Shown: positions 24,753 through 37,348, counted from the stretch's first letter. The stretch: DNA of 64,000 nucleotides from Squalus acanthias (GCA_030390025.1 CM059438.1:23932001-23996000), one strand, 5' to 3'. A program made the numbers and translations. The notes: generated by a model not told the origin, from the letters alone.

Positions 24753-25634
24753 CTGTTTTTTTTCATTAAGATAATCTTGTCAGATTTGCTGCTGCAACAA
24801 CTAAAAACATTTTTTTAAAGCACATAGTACAAAACAGTACTGTAGGATGGTGATATATATGAATTTATTGATATATATAAATTTTTCTATTTATGAACAA
24901 ACATTTAGAGGTTCTAAATTAACCAACGTATGAGCCAAATTTAGACACTGATGAAAGCACACAATATGGCACATTACATATATTCTTGAATAGTTTACAT
25001 TATTTGCTTTTAAAATCTGAATTTTGAAGAGACACTAAAAACTATCAGCAGCGGCTCAGCGACCTGAATCTAACACCCTTTCACGTGCAGTGACCTCATA
25101 AATGCAGCTTCTGCCTCTCCCTCAGTCCCTGATTTAGACAGAATAAAGACACTCCTCCCTCAGTCTGCACTTGACCGGCTCACAGCAGGAGATACTATTA
25201 AGCTGTTCAACTCACTTTTATATTGGTTTGGTCATATTTAGTTCTTAGCAAATTACTCAGACCTAGAAGCTCACAGAAAAGTGCACGTATTAGTTTAAAA
25301 AAAAAGACATATGATGCAATCTTTACTGGGTATGTATTGCTTAAATCCAAGACGTTACACTTTTGAGACAGCAGCACAACTAATACTCTTTCTAAAGATG
25401 TTTTTGTGGTACATATTAAAGAAGTTCTGTCAAAACCGATGCGCTTGTAGAATAACGAGTATATTTATTAAGTGACTTCACTCATTACCACTGGCTAAAA
25501 CACAGTAGCTTTACTGTGCTCGCTTCTTCATATCTTTCTTGCAGATGTTGGAATATCTACTCTCCATTCTTTATTTTAGTCATATTAATACTGCATGGCT
25601 GCATACAAACATCAAAAGGGAATTATATATATAT

Positions 25635-25793
25635 ATACTTGAAAAGGAAAAAGGAAAACTTTGCAGGGTTTGTGGGGAAAGAGCAGGGGAGTGGGACAAT
25701 TAGATAGCTCTTTCAAAAAGCTGGCACAAGCATGCTGGGCTGAATGGCCTCCCTCTGTGCTGTATTATTCCATCATTCTTTGATTCTATGATC
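25635..25793 (+). mobile_element. CR1 3' UTR fragment
   Basis: gggctgaatggcctccctctgtgctgta...gattctatga tail. Confidence 0.85.
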
Positions 25794-26939
25794 ATGCATA
25801 ACACGCACTGAGATCCTCTAACTCGAGCATCTCATTCTGTCACTGCAGCACTTATTAAAATACGGGTATGAATGCTCTGCTCCTACTATTTGTACCTGCC
25901 AGGCAAAATGAACTCCATCCTCGAGATTAACATTCAGATTAACGCTGGCGAGGCAAAAGAACTTTCAAATCTTTTTAACCAGTTAGATTGTCCTGAAAGA
26001 TTTAAACCATGAAAAAAACTAAGCACATTTTATTCTCAAACTGCAGGATCATACAAAATGATCGTAGGCAATTTACATAAAGAGGGCATTTATAAAACTC
26101 AGTAAAAAAGGTATCAATAAAAAGTGTAAATAAAACAATTATCTGCTGCCACTCACTCTGGCAGATCAGTAACATTAATGTGAGCAGCCGAGAGGCTGCC
26201 AAGGTGTGTTAGAAACCGGCACAGAGAACCAGAGATGTACAGTGTGGTGAACAGACAACGTTAAACAACTGGGTGTTAGGAACCACATTGGGGTCCAAGT
26301 GCAGCGCTCAGCGAACCCCACACCATAGCTGAATCTACAAGCATAACAGGCAATGAGTCTAACACTCGCTTTCTGTGCTTTGCTAACATTAGTATTTGTA
26401 GCAAATTAGTCTCTTTAATTTTTTATTCACAATAATTATGAACTCTTAATAACAAATTATTCTTGGACCGCAATGGTGATCCCATAAAATTATTCATTTT
26501 CATTACTTCAATTTAGCTGGATTTAATAAAAATGGTGTAAAATTAAGGTAACTGCAAATTAAAATGATTTCTTGGGTAGACACAAACTCAGGTCTCCAGA
26601 CATGAAAGATGGTAACTTGGCTCCACAGCACTTATTACCTTCTCCACTGCAAAATAAGAAACTACACTATTTTTATATCTTTAATACAAAACTTGCCCAT
26701 GCACCTTATAAACCACCAGAGGAAACATAACCTTTAATGTTACATTATTGTACACTGCACCTGACATTATCAAACATTCACATACCTGTGTTTAAAATGA
26801 TAAATTGTTTGCCTCCAAAAAAAATCAAGAACATTAATGCTGCCTTCATACAGCCCCTGTCCAGTTTACAACAATAGTGTTTCAGTAGAAATTATTATTT
26901 TTTTTAAAAACAATAGATTAAGTTAAACCCCTGCAATGG

Positions 26940-27270
26940 ACAAATGGGCGGTATGGTGTGCGTAACAGATCAAAAACTCCCAGGTTTGATTCCCTGTCAG
27001 CACTACGTTACCTATAGTCAGCCAGGCAATGGCTGCGATGCTACGTTTAGTCACAGTGCCTCTGGACTAGGGAGGGAGGGGGGGAAATCACCTGCCGTTC
27101 TCTTTACTGATAAGGGACCCAGTAAACCCTGCTGCAAGGTGCACGTGTGGCTACTGGTGAGGACAAGGCTGGGCTCAGCTGTGATGTCTCTCAGTCAGGC
27201 AACCCACTGGTTCTCACTGTCTGGGCTAGCTTATCAAGTCCTACCACTTGGGCGAGGTATTGGGGTATGA
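26940..27270 (+). mobile_element. AmnSINE2-like SINE
   Basis: cccaggtttgattccctg, ctagggagggagggg...ggtgaggacaaggctgggctcagctgtgatg...ccacttgggcgaggta. Confidence 0.65.
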
Positions 27271-27943
27271 GAGAATAAAATGTGCTAAGTTTTTTTTATG
27301 GTTTGAATCTTTCAGGGCAATCTAACTGGTTGAAAAGCACGTGGAACTCTTTGTGTTTCCTGATTTGAAAGTTCTTTTGCCCCACTAGTGCTAATCTGAA
27401 TGGTAATCTCGAGGATGGAGCTCATTTCCCTGGCAGGTATTGGGAGGTGGGGGGGGGGTGGCTGCATGAGAGGAAGGGAAACTGGGCAGGTAATGAGGAA
27501 AAACAAAATGAAGTTAAAAACCAGACTTGGCGCTGGCTGCAGTGAAGTGAAACTAAGCGAGGTGGCCTGCAGTGATGCCAGCCCACACTAATAGCTCTGT
27601 ATTGCTCACCTTAGCAACAATACACCACAAATGTTGGCGGGTCACCAGCAGCAATGGCACGATTAAATATTTGGGATATTGACTTACATCTCACACCCTA
27701 AAACTTGCACTGACAACGCTCTCACCAGAACAACTGCACAACAGTTACTTCACCCATGAACAGGAGCATACTACACAAGAATTTCAAAGCAGGCACTCTG
27801 CACTTCTTCCATCAGCCTGAAAAACATATCACTCCTTTGACAGTCACTGCAATGATGCATCCTGCTTAAACTTCAATGATGTTTTTGCTGATTGGCTATA
27901 AAAAGAAATTGGCTTTTGAAGCTGGTCTGCAGCCAAAGATGGA

Positions 27944-29741
27944 GGCCGCGAATTTGCCGGCGCTCAGAGGGCGGGTTTGGAGGCGGGTCAGAGGTTAAAG
28001 TCATTATGATTGACAGCGGGTAGGAAACCCACCGTCATCCCGCCTCCACGCGAGTCTCCCAGGTGTCGGGTCTGTCAGCGGAGAACTGACCCGACACCAA
28101 GTGGCGGGGGATACAATTGAGCTCATTAAATGGCTTGTTAAGAGACAATTTAATACTATTTTGAGGCTTCCTTCCAATTTTACTTGCTTCCCCCACGGGT
28201 TACCCGCTGCTCGGGGAACACGCCAGCTCACCCTGCCGTGATTTGAGTCTGCTCTGGTGTTTCTGATAAGCTGACAGCTGCAGAAGTGGTGTAAAGGATG
28301 CCATGTTGCAGGTGGTCAGTTTCAGAGCACAGAAACTTTTGGTTACTTCATTTGTAAGACATATAGAGATTTCTTTAGCTTGCAAGTGTTTAGAGGCAAC
28401 TGTATGTCCAGTGCCACCTCATTGGAACAACCTCTCTCACCACTGACAGATCGCTTCTGTCATCTCACCTGCAGCTGTCATCTATTGCAGCAACATCGGT
28501 GCCCTTGAAAAAAATTAGACCTTGGTACTCTGAATCCTTCCACGATCAGCCCCAACACCAACATCACCAGGCACACCAACATCACCAACAATATCACCAA
28601 CCTTCTCCGCCATCACCTGATGCTGCACAGGACACAGGGCATCAGCCCCTGATAACATTGCTGCCCAGGAGGCCAGCGATGGCATCACCATGGCCAGATT
28701 TACTTCACTTGATGCTGTTAACCCTGGCTGCCACATGATGTGCCAGGTTGACACCATCCCACACCAGCACCGTGAAGCATCCCTTTACTGTCTAAGCCAT
28801 TCCATGCACACTCATCACTATAGCAGGGCCGGGGGGGGGGGGGGAAGTTATGTCTGAACATTCACTGGAACTCAGTAAGACAATTCTCAAGGTGCACTCA
28901 CATCTGTCCAATAAGGGGCACTTTTTGAAAAAGAGATTTCACTGTATGACAACACATTACCAGAAACTTCACATGGACATTGGCTAAACCTCTAAAGTGC
29001 CTACCCCTGTGTGTTGTTAGTTAGTATGCTTGCAGTAGGATGAGGGTGAGTGTGAGGGGTGGCTAGTGAGATGGGGAAGTGATAAAGTAGATAGAGAGGG
29101 TTGGGTGGAGTTGCAAGGTAAGTTGGTGTAAGGACATGCAGGAGAAGGGTATGGAAGGCAGAGTGATGGGGATGTGTTGAGTGGCACAGCAGGGTGAGTT
29201 TGAGTATGGCTTTGCAGTAACGTTTCGTGATCCACTGAGATCATTGAAATGTTGGCGCTACTGCAGCCAGGGACCCCTGACGACATCCCTGCTTTTGCCC
29301 TCCTGTGCAATGTGCAACCAGGCTGCGTTGGTGTCCTGGGGAGGTCTCTTCCACCCTTGGAAGGGAAGTGAACCTTCCTGCGTGCTGTGACTCCCTCCAT
29401 AAACATATGGAGGGAGTCATTGGAGAGCCTAGGTGCAAGCGTCCACCTTTGTGCAGTGCTTGTCAGTGTTTGCAGCACCTCAATGCTGTCAAACACTGAC
29501 AGAACAACTGTCAAACTCAATGTGGACATGGTCCCTTTAAGGAAACCGGCTGATGACGCGTCATCAAATGACGTCATCAGACCCGCTTCCTGTTAATTGG
29601 CCGGGAAGACCGCAGGACGGGCTTAACAAGCCCCATCAATGGAAAATCCCTTTGACAGAGCGGCTGCAGCCAGGATCGTGACTGGAACCCGGAAACCAGC
29701 TCTCCCGCCACCATCCCGCCTCTGCTGGGAAATTTGCGGCC
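27944..29741. mobile_element. PIF/Harbinger internal-deletion derivative (copy C), opposite orientation to copy B
   Basis: TIRs ggccgcgaattt and aaatttgcggcc (11/12); 3-bp TSD gga at 27941-27943 and 29742-29744. Myb exon 1 remnant on - (~29221-29470, LAPRLSNDSLHMFMEGVTARRKVHFPS); Q/H-rich transposase stub on + (~28495-28710). Confidence 0.92.
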
Positions 29742-30539
29742 GGAGTTTTGGTGACGGAGATTTGTACTCCAAACCGATGGTGGATTTGTGGAGGAGCAGA
29801 AAATGTTAATATTTAAAACAAACAATAAATGTAAAATAAAGGTCATAGATAATAAATAATACATAATAAAAAATGTTAAGAGTAGAGATGGCAGAGCAGA
29901 AATAACATTTTTGTCATTTTTATTTAGGATTTTTTTGAAAACTCTGACATTTCAATAGCATTATCACTGTAATACAGGAATGCTGTAGTGTTAAAATATG
30001 TCACCTGAAATCTTCAATAATATAGCCAGACCAAGTAGTACTGAATTCCCTGGAGATACCAGCTCTGAAAGGGTTAAAAATGATGCCAGTGTGCGTGACA
30101 GTAGCACTGATGGGGTTAATTGCTTTTGGTTTCTTTAAAGTGATGTAAAATCCATTGGACTGTACCGAAAGTTATCCACATTCTTTTTAACACATCGCTT
30201 ACATAAAAATCAATATATATCAATGACACACAAAATCCTCACTAACCAGATATTAAAGGATTTCAGAAAAAGGAATTTGAAAAATGGAAGTTCGGTATTA
30301 TCAGTTGCAAGGACGCTAAATGAAAATCCACGTGAAGGCAGAGGTAGATCAGCACAACTGCTGTAAATGAGGGAAACATTTCCTGAAGTACTATAGAGCT
30401 TAAGAATTCAGAAAAGCAATGAAAAAGAAGTCAAATAATAGACTACACAAATTCAAGCTGGTGGATATTTGTCATTTTATAGTCATTTCTAATATATTTT
30501 CTATGGAAAACTAAGTTTTGGTATGTTAAAAAAAAGTGC

Positions 30540-30765
30540 ATCTTCGATACAAGCCCCCACCCGGCAGGAACGGTGCAAGCGGGGGTTAAAATGGCAGCCA
30601 GGCGGAAGCCGCCCCCACCTCCCCTCAATTTTAACTGGGACGTCATTGGCACCGCAACGCGATTTTTACTTAACATCGCAGGTGGCCCCCCCCCGCCACA
30701 GCCCCAAACCCGCAGGCGAAACCTGGCGGGAGGCAGCAGATGGCCAGAAGAGGTCAATTTAAGAT
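30540..30765. mobile_element. GC-rich DNA transposon subterminal fragment
   Basis: Shares aattttaact and cccgc-rich motifs with 188-350; no TIR pair found. Confidence 0.45.
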
Positions 30766-30998
30766 ATGATCCCATGAAGGAAACAGCAGTGAGTTCTCCC
30801 AATGTCCTGGCCAATATCCCTCCGTCAACCAGCATCAAAATAGGTAACCTGGTCATTATCGCATTGCGGTTTGTGGGACCTTGTTAAGTACAAATGAAGA
30901 TGCCGACTCAACAGTTGCTGCACTTCAAAAGAAATTAACTGGCTGCGAAGCGCTGTGAGGACGTAACAGGCGCTGTATAAATGCAAGCTCTTTCTTTA
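30766..30998 (+). mobile_element. Deu-domain SINE, 3' half
   Basis: gagttctccc...gtcctggccaatat...ctggtcattatc...ggcgctgtataaatgcaagctctttcttt. Confidence 0.8.
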
Positions 30999-31529
30999 TG
31001 TAGTACAGTGTGGTTGATGGTTTAAAAATACTATATTGCAGAGATCCCAGGGAAACCAGGATGGGAAGAATAATTAGTGCTACCTCAGTGGCACCTCCTC
31101 AAAGGCTGGCAGGCTAGAAAGAGAGAACGAGGTCTCCACTTAGCATTACACTGCCTGTGAGTGGGGAAATGTGTTGCCGGCTTAGGTTCTCAGCTGCTAA
31201 AAACCTCAGTCCCACAGGCCAATTCAAACAAAGCTATCTCCCTCAACAGCTCAAAAACTGATGTGCTGTTTCTTGGCACCTTTTATTGATTCTTGATGGC
31301 AAAACACATGGTTATGCATAAAATGCTAATTTTTTTGTTATAGGCAAGTGCTACTCAAATACAGATAATACAGAAGGATAGAAAGTTTGGATAGCATATA
31401 GTATCTGAGTGTTGCTCTAACCAAACGCAAAATAAATCTAGAGGCATGTCACAATTGAAAAGATATATTAAAAGGGAGGAAATAATGAAGTTAAAGACTC
31501 TACCTCCAGTCAGTCTCATCTTTCCAGGA

Positions 31530-32455
31530 CATATTACTGAGCTAAAGTTAACCAACTAATGCTGCACAAAAGCATTTGGGGTCAGCACTCCTGAGCTAAG
31601 GGAAGGAAAAAGAAAAATAAGCCAGGATGCCAACCTTGATTGCTATTCAGTGACCCCTTACTAGAAGATACGCATGTGTAGGTTTTGGGCAAGGAATGAA
31701 TCAGGTGCAGCTATAATGCCTCTGAATACAAATTGCTGACACTTGGACCTCACTGCATCCGTCTTACAGGCGCACAATGGGCGAAACGAGGCCCAATTTT
31801 AGGGACCGGCGTCCTGCGCCCAAGCAAGTATAAATAATACCCCAGCCACAATTAGGTTGGACCATTTTTCAGGAGTTCCTGGCGGCCGCCCAGAACATGC
31901 ATTAGGTCCCCTCGGCAAAATTGGTCTGCGTTGAGCGGGGCAGAAGTCAGGTCTGCGTCAGGATTCTTCAGCAACCGCCAACGGAAGGGGAGGTTTTTTT
32001 TTTAAAATTGAAAAAGCACTCTCATGGAGCCAGGAGGAGCGGGAGTACTCCTCTCGGCTCCACAGCCAGTCCACGATAGGCCTTCCCTTCCCGTTCTCCT
32101 CCTCTCCCCACCCCCCGCACCCCGGCCGGGCACTTACCCGAGGGCCGCTGCCGGCGAGTCAGGAGGTCCGAAATTCAACCCAGCAGAAGGCACCGCGCAG
32201 TTCGCCAACATTACTGAGATGAGGCCAGAGGCCCAATTTTGGGACGTCCTCGGGCCTCCCGGTTCTGGCATACTTGCGACTGCATTGCTGCCTTCATGCC
32301 CGAAACCGGGCGTTGACAAATTTACACCCCACCTTGTCTAGTATCACTCATCAAAAATGGCCACTTAGGTAAGGTAAAGGCAAGTTGCCAGTGCCCATGA
32401 ACCTGTAGCGCAGCATGAAAGTCAGCATATTTAGAAAGGGGAGAAAACTCAAGAT
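31530..32455 (+). mobile_element. AmnSINE2-like SINE split by a MITE at 31745-32330
   Basis: Family sequence runs to ...gctgacact (31744) and resumes at cttgtctag...aatggccactt (32331 onward). Confidence 0.6.
31745..32330. mobile_element. Harbinger-type MITE, same family as 4586-5202
   Basis: Right end ...gacaaatttacacccc; left end matches the reverse complement of 5130-5190 but lacks the terminal bases. Confidence 0.7.
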
Positions 32456-32479
32456 GGAAAAATATAAAGCAAGCTGTCA

Positions 32480-32860
32480 TGGGATTGGGTGGGGGCCTTT
32501 TACATCTGGGACCAGAGTTCATATACAGCCCAGACTCCTGTGATAAAAGTCTTCTCTTGTCTGCAAAGGTCTTATGAATTGAGCTTGGACAGTCTCAGTA
32601 CAATTCCCATTGGGCATAGTCCCCCAACATAAATTGGCTATCTGTTTAGATGAGTTATGGACTGGCTACTACAGAAATATCACATTGCTGCATTATGGGT
32701 CTCCAGCTATGGTTTGGGGCGAAGCACGTTTTTGGGTGAGCAGAGGGAGTTTTATGCTGCATCTATGCTTTAACTGTGAGTTCCAGATGCTGACACTGGG
32801 GATTTGAAATGGAATAGTTCCATCTCCCTAGCACCAAGATCCCTCACTAAATAAATATAC
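32480..32860 (+). mobile_element. LF-SINE-like element, diverged
   Basis: ccttttacatctgggacc...cagccc...aaagtc...cagtctcagtacaattcccattgggc; collinear with 35248-35620. Confidence 0.55.
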
Positions 32861-33734
32861 AAAAAGCAGATTCATTAAAAAAAATCCATATTATTACCCC
32901 TGTACTGAACATTACTAACGAACTATTTAACCAACACGCAAGACCCTTAGTTTTCATAAGCACGTGTTAATTTCGAATTCCGTCAGACTTCTAAAGTGAG
33001 GAAGCAGAAAGCACTACCTGACCGAAAGACAAACAAAGCCAACTCAATGTGTGCACACAAGGGTTCAGCAGCATTATCATTTCAAATTAGATACTATCCT
33101 TCACAATGATCCACTATGTGCTCTTCCCTGATAAAAATTCTGCTTTTGTGACTCAAGAGTACATTATAACATTGCTTCTAGCTGTGTAAAAAAACAGGAA
33201 CCTCATTATGTTTCATTAGAATCCAATGCTCACACTCCTCAGTGAAAATTTACAATGGTAAAGTATACATTAAAGTGAATGGGAGACATTAGAGGAAAAA
33301 CACTGGCTCAGGCTATTTTAACACAGTCATTTCATCTCAGTAAAGTCACAGAAATAAAAAGAAGTAACATTTAGCAGGCCCCCATCCAAACAAAATTAGA
33401 ACCCAGTGTAAATGAGGTTCAAACAAGGAGCTATTTTAATTCAACTTCTTTTTCCTTTTCTCCCCCAACAGCACATCAGATTTAACGGTGAGCTTCATTC
33501 GAAGACTCTAATCATCTGCAAAAGAGCAGACCACTGTCTCTCTGCATTCTTGCAAACCATTCCACTCTTGTTGTGCTTCCTCCTGCAATTTTCTCCCCTC
33601 TTCTCCTGTGTTGGTTTAAGGTCTCGCCGGGGCTTGCCGCCTCCAGAACCTCAGTGTGTTCATGGTTTGACAGCCTCCAGTATCTCACCCACATGACCAC
33701 TCTTTACTCTTAAATTTACACTGTGTGAAATAGA

Positions 33735-33861
33735 GTGTCGATCGACACCACTGTGTCAGCCAATGAGCTGGGGGCGGGGCGGGACTTAGGGCAGGACTTG
33801 CAGCAGTCTATTTTACTGCAAACAAAGTCCATTTACTCAGCAAACAGAGTCTGTTTAAACA
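33735..33861. promoter_or_regulatory. Promoter-like cluster: CCAAT box, tandem GC boxes, FOX and HNF4 motifs
   Basis: Palindrome gtgtcgatcgacac 33735-33748; CCAAT 33760; ggggcggggcggg from 33771; CAAAGTCCA 33823-33831; gcaaaca twice; tgtttaaaca 33852-33861. Confidence 0.55.
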
Positions 33862-34439
33862 ATGCACTACAGCAAGCGTCTCTACGAAATACAGCAAATT
33901 GAACTCATGACCGAAACTACAGCAACGTCTCCCGATAAAAGCAGGGTGATTTCTCCAGCAAAATGCAGTGAGTGGAGGAAAGTTATATACAAATTATGTG
34001 CATAAAATCAATCCCAGTCACTTACAGCAGTGATTGACAGAGGATTTATCCAATCATCTCCATCCTGGCCAGGAATAGTGGTGTCACAATGTGCAGCCGT
34101 GAATATTAGTATCCAAACTCTCTACGCATTTGTGTGTAATTGCTTTTTAACAAGTGGGTTAAAGCCTCTGCTAAAACACTTAAGATCTACATATAAACAA
34201 GCTGCTTGCAAGCTAATATTTGTGCAACGTAATCTTAGGTGTTCATGCATGAGTCTAGCAGGCAGTTCAGCCATGGAAGCAATCAAAGACTGATTTTGAT
34301 CCGGGAACTGATGAATTCATAACCAGTTATTATTATTAGTCCACTAAATGCTAAACATCAGCTTTAATCGGTACTCTTAAATCATATCGCCATCTTTCAA
34401 ACATGCTTAGCAAAGATAGTATCTCAACAGTCATGGTGA

Positions 34440-34635
34440 ACGCTCTTCCCCAAAAAGGCTGTGGATGCTAGGACAATTGGAGCTTTCAAGACTGAGATAG
34501 ATAGATTTTTGTTAAGTAAGGGTATCAAAAGATACGGAGCAAAGGTGGGTAAATTGAGTTAAGGTGAAGATTAGCCATGATCTAACTGAATGGCGGAGCA
34601 GGCTCATGCGGAATGGCCTACTCCTGTTCCTAAGT
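34440..34635 (+). mobile_element. CR1 3' end fragment
   Basis: aggctgtggatgct...ttcaagactgagatagatagatttttg...gaatggcctactcctgttcct. Confidence 0.85.
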
Positions 34636-35007
34636 TACGTGTATCATCATTTTACACCCAAGGTGGAGCCCAATTCTATAACCTTAATCAAGCCTCAATC
34701 TAGAAGGCTCCACTGAAAATGAAGTGCTAAACCCCAATATAAGCATTTGCATGTGTGAAATAATACTTTATCGATCAGCAGCTGAGCACAATGTTACTGA
34801 ATTCAATTAGAATCAGTTATGTGCTTGGAGTACAGGAAGCTTTACTGTGCAGCTAGCTCATACTATATTTAACCTGGGGGTATTTGATGCTAGCAGTATA
34901 AAAAGCAGAAAAGTGTTTAATTCTACATCGCTTACATCACTCTGCTTTGATAATTAACATTTTTTTTCAACTAAAAACAAACCCACTAAATAAACTGAAT
35001 AGCTCAC

Positions 35008-35034
35008 CTGTTATGAGTTTGAAGTATTCTTTGA
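35008..35034 (-). other. Candidate 27-nt microexon
   Basis: Minus strand tgtttctttttcag|TCAAAGAATACTTCAAACTCATAACAG|gtgagc; frame-preserving length and strong splice sites. Confidence 0.3.
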
Positions 35035-35619
35035 CTGAAAAAGAAACATTCACATGTCTGCCTTGATGTGGGTTCTGGGTTAACTTTCGATTAACCTCTG
35101 GGATTTCACTATAAAAACTGACTGACCAAACAAGTGTCAACATCTGCTGAATAGAGATTGGCTTGACATTGTCACCGATTGGTGAACAACCTGTGGATTA
35201 CAAATTACCTGAAAATAAAAGTGGCCATAGCTGGAGCCACTGTCCTCTGGGGATTGGGTGGTGTAGTGAGTTGGCGCAATGTTTTTTCACTTGCTGGCAC
35301 CTGGGCTTGAATCCAGCCTGCACAGAGGGGAATGAAAGTCTTCTTTCCACTAGCTGTAAGAAACCTATATGAAGTTATCTATGGGACAGTTTCAACCCAG
35401 TTCCCACTGGGCGAGGCACCTCTACTCTGATTCGTGGGTAATACAAAACTGTCCACAATTCAATACAAATTGGCAATCACACTTAAAAAGGAGAAAGGTG
35501 TTTAGAAAAGGTGGCTGGTGTTGAAAATGGCAAATTTACAGTAGTGCAGGAGGACTTTCATTCTGAAGCCAGAATGAAAGCACATTGTTGGCTCAGTGTA
35601 AAGAGCTTTACTCTGACTC

Positions 35620-36123
35620 TAAGCTCACAATTTAGGGTATTACTGAGGGACTGCTGCATTATCAAAGGTGCCGTCTTTTGAATGAGACATTAAACCACAG
35701 CTGCTTGTTCAGGTGGATGCAAAAATTCCTACGGCACTATTCAAAGAGCAGGGAATTCTCCCAGTTTGCTGGCCAACATTCCTCCATCAATTACTACCAA
35801 CGTTCCCTTTAAGCTGCGCGGCCACGCAGCCCTCTGCAGCTCCCGCGCAGCCGGTGATCCGGCTATTAAATAGGAAAAATCGCGCATGCGCGGTATTATG
35901 AATGGGCCACGCACCCAAAAAAGAATAAAGAGAACACTGATTACCACCATTAAAAAAAAAATCTGTCATGCAATCATTCGCAGTTGATGGGATCTTACTA
36001 TGCAGAATGTGGCTGCCATGTTTGCCTATGTAACAAACAGAGACTGCACAACAAAAATAATTCACAGTTGTAAAGCGCTTTGGAGCATCCTGAGGATATG
36101 AAAGGCGCTGTATAAATGCAAGT
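35620..36123 (+). mobile_element. Deu-domain SINE, split by a hAT MITE
   Basis: tactgagggactgctgcatt...ggtgccgtcttttgaatgagacattaaacc...aaggcgctgtataaatgcaag. Confidence 0.85.
35798..35939. mobile_element. 142-bp hAT-type MITE
   Basis: TIRs caacgttccctttaa and ataaagagaacactg (11/15); 8-bp TSD attactac (35790-35797) and attaccac (35940-35947). Confidence 0.85.
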
Positions 36124-36275
36124 TATTCCCATCTGGTTGTGCTATATTTGACCTGGGAGAACTTGACACTGTCGTTAAAGCAGAAAGTGTCCCGGGACTG
36201 AAATCGCTCACTTTGATGAAGCAAAAAAAGAGCTACAGTTTCCGGTGATTATTTCTTTCCCACAGTATAACACGT

Positions 36276-36362
36276 GGGGAAGATTTTCCCTGAGAAAATA
36301 TGACATTTTTAAACCGCATTATAATTTTGCTACACATAAGTGTACAGAAGAAATCTTTCCCC
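36276..36362. mobile_element. Possible mini-MITE
   Basis: Imperfect inverted termini ggggaagattttc and gaaatctttcccc. Confidence 0.4.
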
Positions 36363-36689
36363 TCTGGATTCTGTTCATCTCTTTTAAAGTGACAGAAATT
36401 AAGAATAGCAGTAATTCTAGTAGCGAGGTTGTTTGTTTACAGAAAAAAGTTCAATCACTGCCAGTTACTAGGTTCCACCCAAAATTATTCTGCTGATTCT
36501 TTTAATAAGTTCCAGCTTCCAAGCGCTTAGAACAGGGCATCCTCTTCTGATCCTAGCGCCAGGTAGCCTGAGCATATGCTTGGCCAGAAACAAGTAGAGA
36601 GTTGTATCAAAACAGACCGTGGAGATGCAATGATCTATTTTTTTTATTCCTTAACTCTTAAAAATAAATATAAAGCCTCCCTAAAGCGG

Positions 36690-36925
36690 TGATTGGTGAG
36701 GTTGCATCCTGGGATGGGAAGGTGAGAATTCTCCACTCGGGATCGCTAGCTGGCAAACCTTGCTGAATATGAAGAGGGATGGACTTGGTTATGATGTAAC
36801 TCGTGGTTAAAAATCAAATGCCTACTTCCTGTTGTCACATATGAAGAATAAGGAATTGGACAACAGAGGGTCAACCCACCAGGCATGAGCAACTGCATAG
36901 AGAGAGGCAGGGCAGGGAGAAAAAT
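36690..36925 (+). mobile_element. AmnSINE2-like SINE, highly diverged
   Basis: ggatcgcta...tatgatg...acatatgaagaat...agggagaaaa blocks. Confidence 0.45.
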
Positions 36926-37239
36926 GAGGGAAAAACCCTCTGTTCAGTGTCAACATACCCTGGAAACTAATTTTGCCTGCGGCAGATATAGACACAACCA
37001 ATGCAGGGGGCTAGGGTGGGAATGAGGGGAAAACATGTCCTCCCTCCGATTGCTTTTTGACACGGGTTATGTCTCCACTCTGCCATCTTCCCTGCTCCAA
37101 ATTCCAGAATTGCCTGATGTCCCTGTAACAATAATGAAGTATTTCTGCCTTTGTTAAATTAGCTATTGAATTCTTTATTGCTGGCCGCAGTACACACAGT
37201 GGTTCACAGTCAGTTATTGCTAACTGTTTTTGCAAGCAG

Positions 37240-37348
37240 GAAGGAAGGAAAGACTTGCATTTATATAGCGCCTTTCATGACCTCAGAATGTCACAAAGCG
37301 CTTTACAGCCAATGAAGTACTTTTGAAGTGTAGTCACTGTTGTAATGT
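37240..37348 (-). mobile_element. Deu-domain SINE 3' end
   Basis: aaagacttgcatttatatagcgcctttc...gaagtgtagtcactgttgtaatgt. Confidence 0.88.

Larger units (their letters stand above)
35248..36230 (+). mobile_element. LF-SINE-like element (35248-35620 and ~36124-36230) interrupted by a Deu-SINE
   Basis: tttcacttgctggcacctgggcttgaatccagcc, cctatatgaa, ccagttcccactgggc, cacaatt...aaattggca and gcacattg...gagctttactctg follow the recalled LF-SINE block order. The tail resumes after the nested SINE; a similar tail fragment lies at ~34820-34950. Confidence 0.6.
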
